From contig CM119372.1 in assembly GCA_051294905.1 (NCBI GenBank), forward strand, positions 29,698,001 through 29,762,000: a DNA stretch of 64,000 nt. Reading direction: 5' to 3'. Under the pieces are notes generated by a model, which was not told the origin of the DNA, searched no databases, and worked only from the letters and a program-made list of their open reading frames with translations. Origin of the DNA: Botryllus schlosseri (Eukaryota). Shown here in pieces: positions 1 to 12,105 of this stretch. A program made the translations under genes and the position numbers. Each line of letters begins with the position of its first letter. The first letter of the stretch is position 1.

Positions 1-7
1 AGAGTTG

Positions 8-30
8 GGTACTTGTGAAATAAGTGCCCG
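8..30 (+). repeat. Left terminal inverted repeat (23 bp, starts GG)
   Basis: GGTACTTGTGAAATAAGTGCCCG, immediately after agagttg; imperfect inverted match to 38988-39010. Confidence 0.8.
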
Positions 31-296
31 GAGGTCTAGGCGGCAATAGTTGTTGCACCATAAAATGGGTGTGTAGTAGGATAGTAAGTGTTTTACATGT
101 ACATTGAAATGAGGGTGAAAAAATAACTAGGTCTGGTAAGGAACAAGTGAAAAAAATAACCCTGTCATAAGAATAACACGGGATTAAAATATGAGAGAGT
201 CAGTACACATGAAACGACAAGAAAAAGGGGGGTTTGATCCGCTAAAGACGATGGGGAGTTGATCGACGCCACATGTCGTATTATTTACTTGCGCAG

Positions 297-1246
297 ATAC
301 GCGGAAAAGAACATACAATGTGTTGAGTTTGGTCGAATCGGGTGCACTACTAAACACACAAGATTGTGTACTATTTCTGAGAAATCACGGGTTGTTGGTG
401 CAGAAGATGAAATGCAAGCGATGTAAAAAAATAATGAAAGAAGAAAATACGTCGACAGGCGACGATGGGTTTAGGTGGCGATGCAACCCCTGCGATACTA
501 CGGCGACTATAAGGAAACACTCGATATTCGCAGGAAGCAAGGTAGAACTTCCCAAATTGTTAATATTATTCTACTTTTGGGCCCATGACGCGTTGCAAAC
601 CCAAATTGCGCATGAAGCCGAGATTAGCCAGCGTTCAACGGTAACCTGGTGCGGCCGATTGCGAAAACTTTGTACGGCCGAATTTCACAGGAATAAGCGA
701 CGTTTGGGAAATGAAGGCGGCTGTGTGGTCATTGACGAAACGCACTTAGCTAAACGCCGGACTGCCTCAGACAAGGGACCAGCCGTTAAAGCCATTTGGG
801 CGTTTGGGGGCATAGATAAAGCTACCGGAGAAATGTTCATTGAGATAACTTCTGACAGGACTGCCGAAGTATTTCGAAAACTCATAGTAGAAAATGTGGC
901 GGAGGGGTCCACAATTCTAACCGATGCTTACCCTTCTTACAAGGGCATAGAGAGCTGGGGGAAGGGTTATATACACGGTGTAGTGGACCACTCCCGTTGG
1001 TTTAAGGACCCTCGGACAGCTTTTTGTACTAATGAAATCGAGGGGGCCTGGGGCCAGCTTAAATATCACTTACATAGGTCTCGTGGGTTAGCACGTCACC
1101 TTTTGGCCGATTACGTAGGGGAGTTTTTGTGGAAACGTCAACATCAAAAGACTGACCGATTCTTGGCACTCCTGCGCACCATACACAATGACCCACGGTA
1201 TAATTTTGACAAATTTGATGGGTCTCCTGTATTACCACAATTGTGA
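297..1246 (+). CDS. Merlin/IS1595 (ISXO2-like) DDE transposase 1
   Basis: Zn-ribbon CKRC...WRCNPC, HTH-like segment, catalytic VVIDETH / ILTDAYPSY / HGVVDH...TNEIEGAW, all intact. The frame is open upstream of 320 (TRKRTYNVLSL resembles RKRRNLFNL of transposase 2) but has no ATG before 407. Acceptor-like ttatttacttgcgcAG ends at 296. Confidence 0.92.
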
Positions 1247-1375
1247 ACCCCGCTATAAGGTTCCAGGACGGAAATGACGACATCTGTTATTTTGTGTTTT
1301 TACAGACGGTAGTCTAGGGCTAGTGCGCGATTATATTTAATTCATGACGGGGCGAGAACCACCACTATCCGTACC

Positions 1376-3892
1376 ATGGACCTCCTTCCTCATTCTCTGT
1401 CTATCCTTATTGGTATCATTTGTACATCTGATTTGTTGCTGCATACGGCGGCGAAAGGCATGCACGGACTCGCAGATCCTGTAACAGGTAGAGCACGATC
1501 TTTCACTCAGGGGACGCTAGGTGAACTACGGGGACCCCTGCCTGATGAATGGATCACCTTAAATGATACACAATGGGAGGACTATCACTTGATGAGCATC
1601 TTCAATAAAACGGCGGAGCGACATGTATATAGACGGCCTGAGTTGTTTTACAGTAAGTCATTTGGTTACGTAGTGGCTGAACGATTTTCATTACAACAAA
1701 TGGCGTTTCCACATGGAAGATATTGGTCAAGCGTACAAGAATTTGAACGCACCTGTCTATGTCAGCGGCACCTGGGTCAAATTACGCCCAACATTTCCTA
1801 TGATGTTCTTAAACAAACGAACCTGTTCGTGCGCCCAATAGGATCTTATAGGATTCGCTGGTTCTGGAATGGGGACCAATACATGTCGTTTCATGACCTT
1901 GGCAAGAATTACTCTATGTTTGCTCTTACCAAATTTAAACTAATTATGATGAGACTATTCGAAAGTTATTCAGCTGTTGAAGCTTCATGCCGTCAAAAGC
2001 CAATGGGAGATCGGGACAGAGCCGAAATGAATGAATTGAATAAGTATAATGCCAGTAGCAATAGTTTTACACAATGCTGGCATCTAGTACAAAAAAGAGC
2101 CTACCGGGGCACCTATTGGCAACAATTGTACTCCTGGAGGGAAAAAGGTATCATAATAGGAATCTGTACAAGGTGTGATTTTAGAGGAGTTATCTCTGCC
2201 CTGGAACCAAATAAGGCAGATATAATCATCCAAGAAATAGTAATGACTACAGTAAGTGATTGGCAGTATGTGCGCAGTCCGTTGATACCATGCCGGGCCC
2301 AGGGGGGATGGATTAATCAGGATTGGTTTGAGCACTTATGGCCAGGGGGTGCTGTAATAGCCCATTCGTGCAACTTCTGGCCAGGAATGAATACCACTCT
2401 ATGGGGTGATCTACCAACGACAAATTTCCCCCCCAGAGTAAAATGGATACAACCGTCTTTTCCAAATCTGGATCACAGTGTGTATGCTAATCATGGCAAT
2501 CAGGGCATGAGGTGGAATAACCTTTTTGATGGTGTGCCGACTAGGTTTAGGGCATCTACATCAACATGGGTACCTTTTTCCAGGCCTATGTGGAAATACT
2601 TCCCCTCTCTTACTGCATCGGATGAAGCATGTAAAAATAGAATATCACATAACCAGGATTTGTGTCGCGACCCTGTGGGTGGACCCATTTTGAAGGCAGC
2701 CTTTTGGGACCATGTTCATTTTGATCCGGAGCTAAACTGACCACGCTTTCCAGGGGGTCCAATAGAAATTAAAGGTGAATTGGTATCAGGAAATACCGCA
2801 CAACGGGGAACGCGTAGAAGGCGTAAAAGGTTCCTGTCCGGACTGATATGTTTAGTATTCGCTGTGATATCCACGATCGCCGTCGTTGCGACAGTTTCAT
2901 CCCAGTTACATGAAGAGACGGTGGATCTTAGCCGACAAATAAATAATAGAATGACACAGGCCACGCAGAGGTCCACTGCACTAGGAAGGAAGATTAACGA
3001 ACTCTCTCTACTGCAAACAGCTCAACGACAAAAACTGGATCAAACGATCGCTACCATGGAAGTAAGGGCATCACTAACAAATAAACGACTTGTACTAATG
3101 GAAAAGTACATTGAAAGAAACCGACAAATGATAGTACGACAAGCCACAGCATCTCTGACCTCTTTTCAGAACTATAAGGAAATGAGTGACGCCGAACTAG
3201 CCATCGACCGATTGGTTTTGGACGAATTGGCTAATTTAACTGGCAAGTTAATATTTGACTCCAGCAAAGTATATCTCACTAAAATCCGACAAGGAACATT
3301 GCGGATAAAAGAACATGCTCAGCAATTAACAGCCTATAGGGACTCTTACATCAATGAGACGAATGACATTGGTATGGAACTACGTGCTAATCGTATCAGT
3401 CTAGATCAAGCCCAACAGAATGTGGATTTGGGTTTACAAGTTTGGAGAGAAGATCTGAATAAGAGTGTGTACATGAACATTTCTGACTGGCGATATGAGA
3501 ATATTACAGTGAAGCCTTTCGAATTTGTTGGAGGAGAAGAATTTATGAAGAACTTTGGCCAGACAATAGAAGAAATTTCACAAAATGCCGGCAGTTTGAT
3601 AAAAACGATAGGAGATAGCACAGGAGATCTACTACAAGATGGACTTGGCTCGGTCGGTGGTATATTTAGTAAGGGATTGAGTGGTCTTTTTTCCGGATTG
3701 GGGTCCGTGTTAATGCCGGTGATTTTGATATTGGGGGCTGGGATCATCCTGTTTTGTTGCTGTCGTTATAGCAATCTCTGCTGTCCTAAGTTGAAATCTA
3801 AGGTACAAAGGCGGAACACGAATACTCAGTTGACAATGTACATATCATCGGTACCAACCTCCGTTAAAACAGCCAAATCGACAAGAATGTAG
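1376..3892 (+). pseudogene. env: Envelope/fusion glycoprotein (SU-TM), one reading frame interrupted by a single TGA at 2738-2740
   Basis: ORFs 1376-2740 and 2780-3892 are in the same frame. N-terminal hydrophobic signal, N-glycosylation sequons, RRRRKR furin site followed by hydrophobic FLSGLICLVFAVISTIAVVA, heptad-rich region, Gly-rich membrane-proximal segment, TM VLMPVILILGAGIILF and CCC. Confidence 0.8.
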
Positions 3893-3978
3893 TGCACGCA
3901 TATGTACTCAAAGATTTTACTTTTATAAAATTTAATTTTTTCATAAGTCCACAGATATACTAACTAATTTATAATAAT

Positions 3979-6900
3979 ATGAATCGTTACCTTAAAATAT
4001 GGATGGTGCTGGCAATAACCTTAACACTACACCGAGGATATCTGCAAACTCAGGGCCAATTATTGCCCCTATCTGCCATGCGTGTGGTTCCCAGGATAGC
4101 ATTTAATCTTACAGGATGGACAACGTTCCGGTATCAAGGTCTCAGATACATCCGCCTTAATCGACTATTCAAATTAAACGAGAGTTGGCCAATAGGTGAA
4201 ACGGAAAATAATTTTCCAATATACGAAGAGACGCCCGAATTTGGTCCAACACGAGCTAGCCAAGATCGATTGTACAAGTTATTTGCACCCTCGGGGTCTG
4301 ACAAGAGGTATTGGAACAATGTTAGACAATACGAAAGAGAATGCGGGTGCAATCGGAAACTATCAAGAATATCTCCCGATATTACGTTGGCAGCCTTTAC
4401 CAGAACCACAACATATCGTCGAAAGAATAACTTTGGTTCAGTACATACATGGAAGTATGTAGTAGGAAGGGAAGCACACGGCACTATGGCTGTGCCAGGT
4501 CCGATCCTTCGGATGATCTCTCCTAATGCTACTCCACAAGTTACTATACACCAGCTGTTGACAGTTTACAAGTTATCAGTAATGAACCTCTTGGCACAAT
4601 ATGCAACAGTAACAGCAAGGTGTCAACAGCATTCGGAAGGAATCGAGGGGTGGAAGGTCGACAAAGGCGAATTTAGTGTATGCGTACTCGAAAATATTGG
4701 CGGGATGCGATGTATAGGATGTGCATATTATCCAGACAATCGGGCAGTGAATACACTGTCCAGAGACTTTGTGTTCATGGAAATAGATAACAGCATTAGA
4801 GGACCAGGAACAAGAATGCAGGAAACCTATTCTTACAGTCAATGGCCAGCGGGAGTCAAGCTACCCAGGCTACATCATGATATAATTTGGCTGAAAGCTC
4901 GCAACGAAACAGGCCCCAGGGAGAGGCCAGCAAACTTTGATGGTCATACTTGGTTTAGATTGAGGATTTACGCCCTTCGCGAACATCTAAATAATGATAC
5001 TCAACGGATAATGGGGAAGAAAAATTTTCCGACTATGTTGCAAGGCAGCATAGAATGTGAACGCAAGAAAAATAAGAAGGTTTGTCGTAATTCAATAGGA
5101 AGTTTGAAGACGGCCTTGGCCTTTAAGGAAGTGTTATATGATCCATATACAAATCAATCCGTGTATGCAGATCATAGCAATGGTCGCTTACAAATTGCAT
5201 CCCCAATACCTGCAGGTCAGGAATCTCCACTCAAAGTATGGCCTAAGAATCTACCCGATTGTAAGCAACCCGGTAGATTAGGCAACCTTATCCTGACTGC
5301 ATCATTCAAAAGCAATGGGCAAAACACAAGGAATATTGACTATTATCTAGCCCGCCTAGGAATGTTTTACGTAGAAGTAACGAAAAGGCGTTTACGCCAG
5401 TTATCTTTGCCCATATATAAAATGCGAAAAAACCTGGGGAGGTTGGACAGGTCCATAACTGGTAAAGAGATGGAGTCTCTAAGTCAGGCGCTACGGTCAG
5501 CGTTGACACCTCAGAAACTGAGTAGGATAAATAAAGAGTTACTGAGCTATATGTCAACGCGCAAGCTCATAGAGGCGCAGCTTCATGATATACGGATGTT
5601 CCGACCTGGTGTGGCCTACAAAGCCATAATATGCGCTGGAATATTGGTGTATACGCCTTATGCCTATAATGACAATAACGAAGTCAGAACTAACTCTGAA
5701 ATGCCATTAAGTACCGCGGAATCAATAACGACAAAGGCTGTAAGTTACGAAGGAACCACTCGAAAAGTGTCTCCTAGCTCCGTAATGCCACGAAGTAACG
5801 CGGAAGCAATAACGACAAGGACTGTAAGTTACGAGGGAACCACTCGAGAAGTGTCTCCTAGTAGCGAGACTGGTATATGGTTTAATTTCACTCCTGTTGT
5901 AACGACTCCAGAACCCACTGCGACAATGGTAAAAACCATAACAATTGCTGAGGAAAGTGTAAGAATGACGAATCAATACGATACTAACCACTATAACTAC
6001 GATTATATAGAAGGTTATGACGAAGGATTTGACTATGCCGGTTATGACAATAATACTAGTTTTCAAGACTCTGGAAATTACTACTACAATTATTATGACG
6101 AAGACGTAGAATATGATGGTTCATTAACACGCAGGCCCATACCCGTAGCTTATACTACGAATTCCACAAATATTATTGAAACTACAATGGCGTTACCAAT
6201 GATTGAAACTCCAACGTCGACCAAAAATACTCAATATACGATCGAGTTAACAACGGATACAACAATTTCCACGCCAAGAACGTCTGCACATGCGTTGGAT
6301 AGCATTACGACCGCATTATCAACTACTACAATCACACCAAATACTAGAGAGTTGACATCGGCCATTGTTATTTCCGGAACGACTTCATCGACACCACTCC
6401 CAGCCATATTGACTACTGTGCAGTCCTCACGCGAAAATAACACTAGCCCAAGACCAATTGCATCTATTACTACATTCTTAACTGCAGTGAAAACTGTTAG
6501 TGAGCAAGAAAGACGCAGGACGAGTCCCACAAATATTTTCACAACTGTGGAATCGTCTACGGCTATATCAACACAGATGGACGCTCAGAAAAGCATGGGT
6601 ATTGCTGCGACAGGAGTCACCTTTTCCAAAAGCGAGTTAGCAACACTTATACCAATGGGGAGCACTGCAAACTCAAGGTTACAATGGAATACCATGACTT
6701 ATCAAACACCCACAAAAAACGGTGAAATGATAGGCTCCATATCAGTGCCAATAAAGAAAACGCCCCAGATTACGCAGACACCTGAGTCTTATATACAATT
6801 GAGTCGTCACACAAATCAACTCATGGAGACGACACCGCCAAGAGCGCATGTCAATGTGCTGTTTGATACAACCCAAGTAGCAACGACAGTCGAAACGCAC

Positions 6901-7467
6901 CAAAATTTTGTCACCAGCAAGTCCCGCTCTAATACAGAACCAGATAATTTAAACAAAGAGCAAGACCTACAGGTAAAAACTAAATCAACATCAATGCTTT
7001 CATCAGGGGACTATCAGAGCGAACCCACATCAGTAAGTAAAAATGATGTGATCAGAAGTTGGAAGAGTACTTCCAATAGTGCACTTTCTTCAATTACACC
7101 CTCTATCGAAGAAGAAGGAAAAACTACACTCAGTATACCGCATACCTTACCTACGGCCAAATATGACAGACTGGACCGAATTACATTTGACTTCTATGGA
7201 CGACTACACAATCTACAAGAAATGGAACAAGGATATGCAGCAGGTAAAAATATTGTTGATATTAACAATAGAAAGGATTTAGAAAAATCACTTAACAATC
7301 ATGCCTTGATCTTTGCGGTTAGCGTAACAGCCATGGTAGAATGTATGTATTTATGTTATGCGAAATGCGGGAGAGTTGCAGCTAAAACTTATCTTAGAGA
7401 GGTTATTCGGCGGAATAACCAAAAGACGTATATTACAGCAGTAACATTGCATGAAAAACTGAGATAG
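3979..7467 (+). CDS. Type I membrane glycoprotein: env-SU paralog domain + Tyr/Asp cluster + Ser/Thr mucin stalk + C-terminal TM
   Basis: Signal peptide; RYWNNVRQYERECGCNRKLSRISPDIT aligns to env RYWSSVQEFERTCLCQRHLGQITPNIS; Thr/Ser-rich ~5680-7150; hydrophobic ALIFAVSVTAMVECMYLCY near the C-terminus. Confidence 0.75.
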   Translation: MNRYLKIWMVLAITLTLHRGYLQTQGQLLPLSAMRVVPRIAFNLTGWTTFRYQGLRYIRLNRLFKLNESWPIGETENNFPIYEETPEFGPTRASQDRLYKLFAPSGSDKRYWNNVRQYERECGCNRKLSRISPDITLAAFTRTTTYRRKNNFGSVHTWKYVVGREAHGTMAVPGPILRMISPNATPQVTIHQLLTVYKLSVMNLLAQYATVTARCQQHSEGIEGWKVDKGEFSVCVLENIGGMRCIGCAYYPDNRAVNTLSRDFVFMEIDNSIRGPGTRMQETYSYSQWPAGVKLPRLHHDIIWLKARNETGPRERPANFDGHTWFRLRIYALREHLNNDTQRIMGKKNFPTMLQGSIECERKKNKKVCRNSIGSLKTALAFKEVLYDPYTNQSVYADHSNGRLQIASPIPAGQESPLKVWPKNLPDCKQPGRLGNLILTASFKSNGQNTRNIDYYLARLGMFYVEVTKRRLRQLSLPIYKMRKNLGRLDRSITGKEMESLSQALRSALTPQKLSRINKELLSYMSTRKLIEAQLHDIRMFRPGVAYKAIICAGILVYTPYAYNDNNEVRTNSEMPLSTAESITTKAVSYEGTTRKVSPSSVMPRSNAEAITTRTVSYEGTTREVSPSSETGIWFNFTPVVTTPEPTATMVKTITIAEESVRMTNQYDTNHYNYDYIEGYDEGFDYAGYDNNTSFQDSGNYYYNYYDEDVEYDGSLTRRPIPVAYTTNSTNIIETTMALPMIETPTSTKNTQYTIELTTDTTISTPRTSAHALDSITTALSTTTITPNTRELTSAIVISGTTSSTPLPAILTTVQSSRENNTSPRPIASITTFLTAVKTVSEQERRRTSPTNIFTTVESSTAISTQMDAQKSMGIAATGVTFSKSELATLIPMGSTANSRLQWNTMTYQTPTKNGEMIGSISVPIKKTPQITQTPESYIQLSRHTNQLMETTPPRAHVNVLFDTTQVATTVETHQNFVTSKSRSNTEPDNLNKEQDLQVKTKSTSMLSSGDYQSEPTSVSKNDVIRSWKSTSNSALSSITPSIEEEGKTTLSIPHTLPTAKYDRLDRITFDFYGRLHNLQEMEQGYAAGKNIVDINNRKDLEKSLNNHALIFAVSVTAMVECMYLCYAKCGRVAAKTYLREVIRRNNQKTYITAVTLHEKLR
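5701..5862 (+). repeat. Two in-frame copies of an 84-bp (28-aa) unit in the mucin-like ORF
   Basis: MPLSTAESITTKAVSYEGTTRKVSPSSV / MPRSNAEAITTRTVSYEGTTREVSPSS. Confidence 0.9.
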
Positions 7468-7494
7468 ATTGTGAAATAATTACTGAATTATTGT

Positions 7495-7511
7495 AAAGGT
7501 AGAAGTGAGGG
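7495..7511 (+). promoter_or_regulatory. Polypurine tract (plus-strand primer) followed by LTR-like start TGTTAT at 7513
   Basis: aaaggtagaagtgaggg-t-TGTTATG, 28 bp after the last envelope-type ORF, the canonical PPT position. Confidence 0.65.
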
Positions 7512-10500
7512 TTGTTATGTGTTGTGTTGTGTTCGGTCCGTTTTTTACGGTTTAGAGTCCATGTGAAATTAACCATTAACCTAAATTTAATTCCGTTGAG
7601 ATAACATAGTTTAAAAATCATGCTGTATTTGCTTATGGAAGCTTAAAAGTGTGCGGGATTTAAGAATGTACGAGGCAAATTCGCGGTATAAAAGATGCTT
7701 ATGCAACGAATATCATTGCGAAACACATAATTGCGAAATTTTCGGATGGTATTGCTAAGCCAAATCAGGATTGAGTAATACATTACTTTGTAAAATATGG
7801 GAGCATATGGCGTGATCTTCGTAAGATGCAACCATAAATGACTGTGGGAATGTAAATTGCAATGGCATATTGACGCACAGGAAAATATAAAATTTAGCAG
7901 AAACGGCAAAATACGACCCCAATTGGTGGGTTGATCACGCCATTGCAAAACTCTTGCACAATAAGGCCACAAATGATGGTGGGAAAGGAAGCGCTACAGT
8001 GGAAAATTGACGAACAGGAAATATTTAACTACAGCAAAATGGTGAAATTTGACTGTAATGGGGGGCTTAATCATGCCGGAGTACGAAGGGTAGCGACAAA
8101 AATTTGCTTGATGAATGTTCGGATGTACGTCAGCCCCTGATTTACGAAAATAGCAAATTGCTCGTGGTGATGGGGGGCGGATGCAGGCATGTCAACGATC
8201 TTCCGCTCATAACTGAATATAACCCGAAGCGCAGGGACAGAAAATTCAGTTCACTCTACACAGAGCTGAAAGGCATGAAGAGCCTAGGAAGTTGGCAGGG
8301 TTTGAAAAAACGTTAACTGAGACTGATGACGAGTTGTTCAAATCTCATGAACAATCGCATTAGGACGTTATGTGAACGTTAGATAGAGTCTTTACTATAC
8401 GAGACAATGACTCTAACAATTAATTGTCAGCTTGGTAATTGACCAAAGATATTATAACCGTTGTTAATGCGTGATGTTAACAGTTATATAAACCCACGCT
8501 ATATAATTATAGACCAGGGGCTGGATCAGACTCAGCACGCAAAAACATCCAATCCAATAATCAGCCGTCACAAGATTAGGATCATTGTTTTATAATACTT
8601 GCCCTCCTCAGTGCTGCACTACTTGCAAAGAATGCGGTACTACTATGAGATAAGTTCTCTACATTGCACCATTATAATGTGACGTCATAGAACAAAGAGG
8701 ATTGAAGATTATCTGGGCTGAATATAAAGCGTCAGTGCTGACCAATCGAGTGCCTCTTTGTAAACTAAAAAGAACCATACTTATAAACGAGTTCAATTGG
8801 GGGACGGGAGACATATTTGGCTCCATACTGGGCCTACCATATTGTGGAAATTTGAATAAGAGGACATAGGACAAGCCTATCTATACTGTTTTATGGCACA
8901 CAGCCAGCCTGCACGGGGTGACTGACCCTAGATAAATTTCCAAAAGGCATGGTGCACCAAGACAACAAACCTGTAGTGTTTTTACCACAAGGATGAAAAC
9001 GGCTAATATAATTCTGTCTCACTAATTGAATCGCCAATATTGTTGCGCTGAATATTACCTGGAGCATTGAATCAATAGGACGAAATGATATCATCTTCTC
9101 TGTTTCCGCATTAAATCAGGTGGCTACACTTGCATTGGGCTATGAACTGAGAAATGGACTGGCAGTTCTTATCGAGAATACGAATATCGCGGACTTCTAA
9201 TTTTATAACTAACAAATAGGTATATAGCCATGCTCTCTTGCTACATTTTCAAATAACATTTGCTACTTTAGGCAAAGCAATTGGATATATGAGAGATAGG
9301 GATACATTTTAAACAAATCGATGTCTAGGAAAATTTCGACTTTACAAAAAGAAACTGATGCTCACTTTCCTATAAAGGGGAGAGAGAAAATCAACGTGGC
9401 ATTCATAACTATGATATGAAACGTGATTATATTCACCTGCTTCACTGGTAACTCTAATATACAAAAATAAATCCTAAATACTCAGTACTAATTCAATATC
9501 GACGCTAAAAACTTGTCCGTAAAAATTAAAATGAGCCTTCGGAAATGCGAGGCGGTCGGATTTGATGACGAATATTTCACACGGAGCATATTGCAATAAA
9601 GAATACAATCCTGAAATCTATCTTTATCAAATGACCAATAATGTAAGGGACACTACATTGATTTTTTAGTAGTGTGTATACGCATGTGAGCAATAGTTTC
9701 GAACAATAAAAATTTTAAAAAAAAAATAAGCTAATATCACGAGGTTTGGAAGCCTGTATGGAATAGGGTATGACTCTTGCTTCACCTGGCTTAATGCCAG
9801 AGGTCGACTATTTTTCGTAAAGCAAGCTGCATCAATTATTGCATTCGTTCTGCGTAGCTGGAGTATAAATGCTTCATGTAGCGTACTGCACACTGCACGA
9901 AGTTGACAATAGTAACTAGACTACAAGAAATGCCAATGATCTCAAATTGTACGCTGCTATACATAGGTCCATGATCTCTCGAATCACTGGCCTCAAGCAA
10001 CTTGATGTTATATGAATCGACTCGACATATCAGAAATATGAATTGACTTTTAATTCGGAGTAAAATTAGTTAACCAATTTCAAGTTATCAAATAATCAAT
10101 GTATAAAAAGATCGTTGTATCTAGCATATGTTCGGATTGTTCATGCAACATTTATATGATCCATAAAAGCGACCAATCATCCAATGGTATTGCAGTTTAT
10201 TTGGCATCCATTTGACATAGTGTCACGAACATATTGATTGCGGGTTAAGAAGTCGAAGTTAACAGCCAATGCTAGTGTAAGCTATAGTGTTTTATTCAAT
10301 TTCATCATTATTGGCTGGTATAATAAACTGTGCAAGCAATACAGCGCATTATTTGTGGACTTATTTAACTCAATATATCTTCATCGGTTAAATACCAATG
10401 ACCGCTCGATATGTATTGCAGAAAGATAGTAAAAGTACAATGATGTAATTACGTCTTATGACTGGTAAAAGCAATTCAATCCGAAACTTAGTTTGATTAG

Positions 10501-12105
10501 AGTCAACTTCACTAATCAGTTGACTTGACTCGATCAAAAACTGCAGTGACTCGAAATGACTCATGACTCGAAAGTTACAATATTGGATCAAGACATAACC
10601 AATCGGTGATTTTAATCAAAAGGTTTATTTTAGTTGCAAATATGGAAGGTGTTTCGACCCTGACTGACTACGACACTTCAGTTACTGCATGCACTACATT
10701 ATGGCATTCATTTACGTCAAGCAGGGAATACCGCTTCGGGAATCTGACCTATTGCATAAATGGCTAGTTTGAAACATGTCTTTCAACTGTAGGTACTTTA
10801 TAACATCTAACTAGAACAGTGAGTTAGGTTTACGACAAGAATAAATAACTTGTGATATTGCGACCAAACGAAATACAGTATCACATTTGAGACAACATCG
10901 TACACATACCTACCTCGGTGATAGCTGACCGTAAGCTGAGGGCAATCTTAACCTGGTACATCCATATATATTCCATTGGAAAGGTACGCCTTTTGTAAAT
11001 TCTGGTATATCCCAAGAATTACGTTATCCCGGTTGAGAAACACTAACTTACAAGTTCAAAAAATTAACTATGCCTATATACACAACTCGCCTCGTCGGTC
11101 TCAACTTAACATTGCGTCAAAGTAATTCAGTAAGCAAGCGTTTGCCACAACGAAGACGAGTCGCAAAGATGATTTCCTGTACGGTCAAACTCATATTACG
11201 CTGCGGGCCGGATAATGGTAGAATAATAACAATTCTGCTCGAGACGCAAAGTGATTGATCCACTTCAATGCTTTAAGCTACTATGACTATAATATTGGAA
11301 CCATTCTCAAAGCTCCCTTAGGTGAAGCATTACTGACATGGGCATGGTATCTAAATACTGTGTGACAAGAGCCACCCCCATTAATTGGTCCTTCTAGAAT
11401 TTCTGACATGATGGAACAATATTTGGGGTGAATCTAGTTATGCGCATTCGTATTTCGGGTCATAGTGCGTTCCCATTAGCACAATAATGACCTGTATACT
11501 GAACATTGCCTTGTTTTTTTTAGTAACTAGGGCGTGCAAACGCTGGTTATGCGCGCTCGGCGACTTGATACGGGAGTTTAAAAGATCGCGACGAAATAAT
11601 GAGATTGATTTTGATTTAATATTATGGTTTCTGTTTTCAAAATAATCTATCCGAACACGCTCGACAATACAATTCAGTACTAGTAGAAGTAATTTCGACG
11701 CCGCACTGACATATGCTATAGAAGTGAGGGGGATATTCCTATAATCTGGCTGCGAAATGCCGCGTACAACGAATTGATTTTGGCTCTAATTTAGTAAGAT
11801 TGGACAACTTGACAATTCTGACATCAGACTTGTACGTCACCACGCGCAAAGTTCATCTTGGCATGTAAGCTGCAAGAAGTTTCAAGAACCTCATATCGTG
11901 GGCCACAATGCACAGTCTATTGTCGTTGACTTACCTATGAAGAAAATTTAATTTCGAATACATGGCGTGATACTGGATTAAGAAATAGGTAATCTAAACA
12001 AAACAGATATCAATTTCGATATGGAAAATATTTTAATCCTGGCTGACTGAGTCACTTTATTTGGTATAATTACTGCATTGCGTTTTACTAAGGTAGGGTA
12101 GGAAG

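Noticed and set aside
320-1246. Bacterial IS1595 or contamination
   Set aside because: The context is eukaryotic (spliced DDX gene, MITEs inside the element, signal-peptide glycoproteins, eukaryotic tRNA PBS); the eukaryotic Merlin branch fits.
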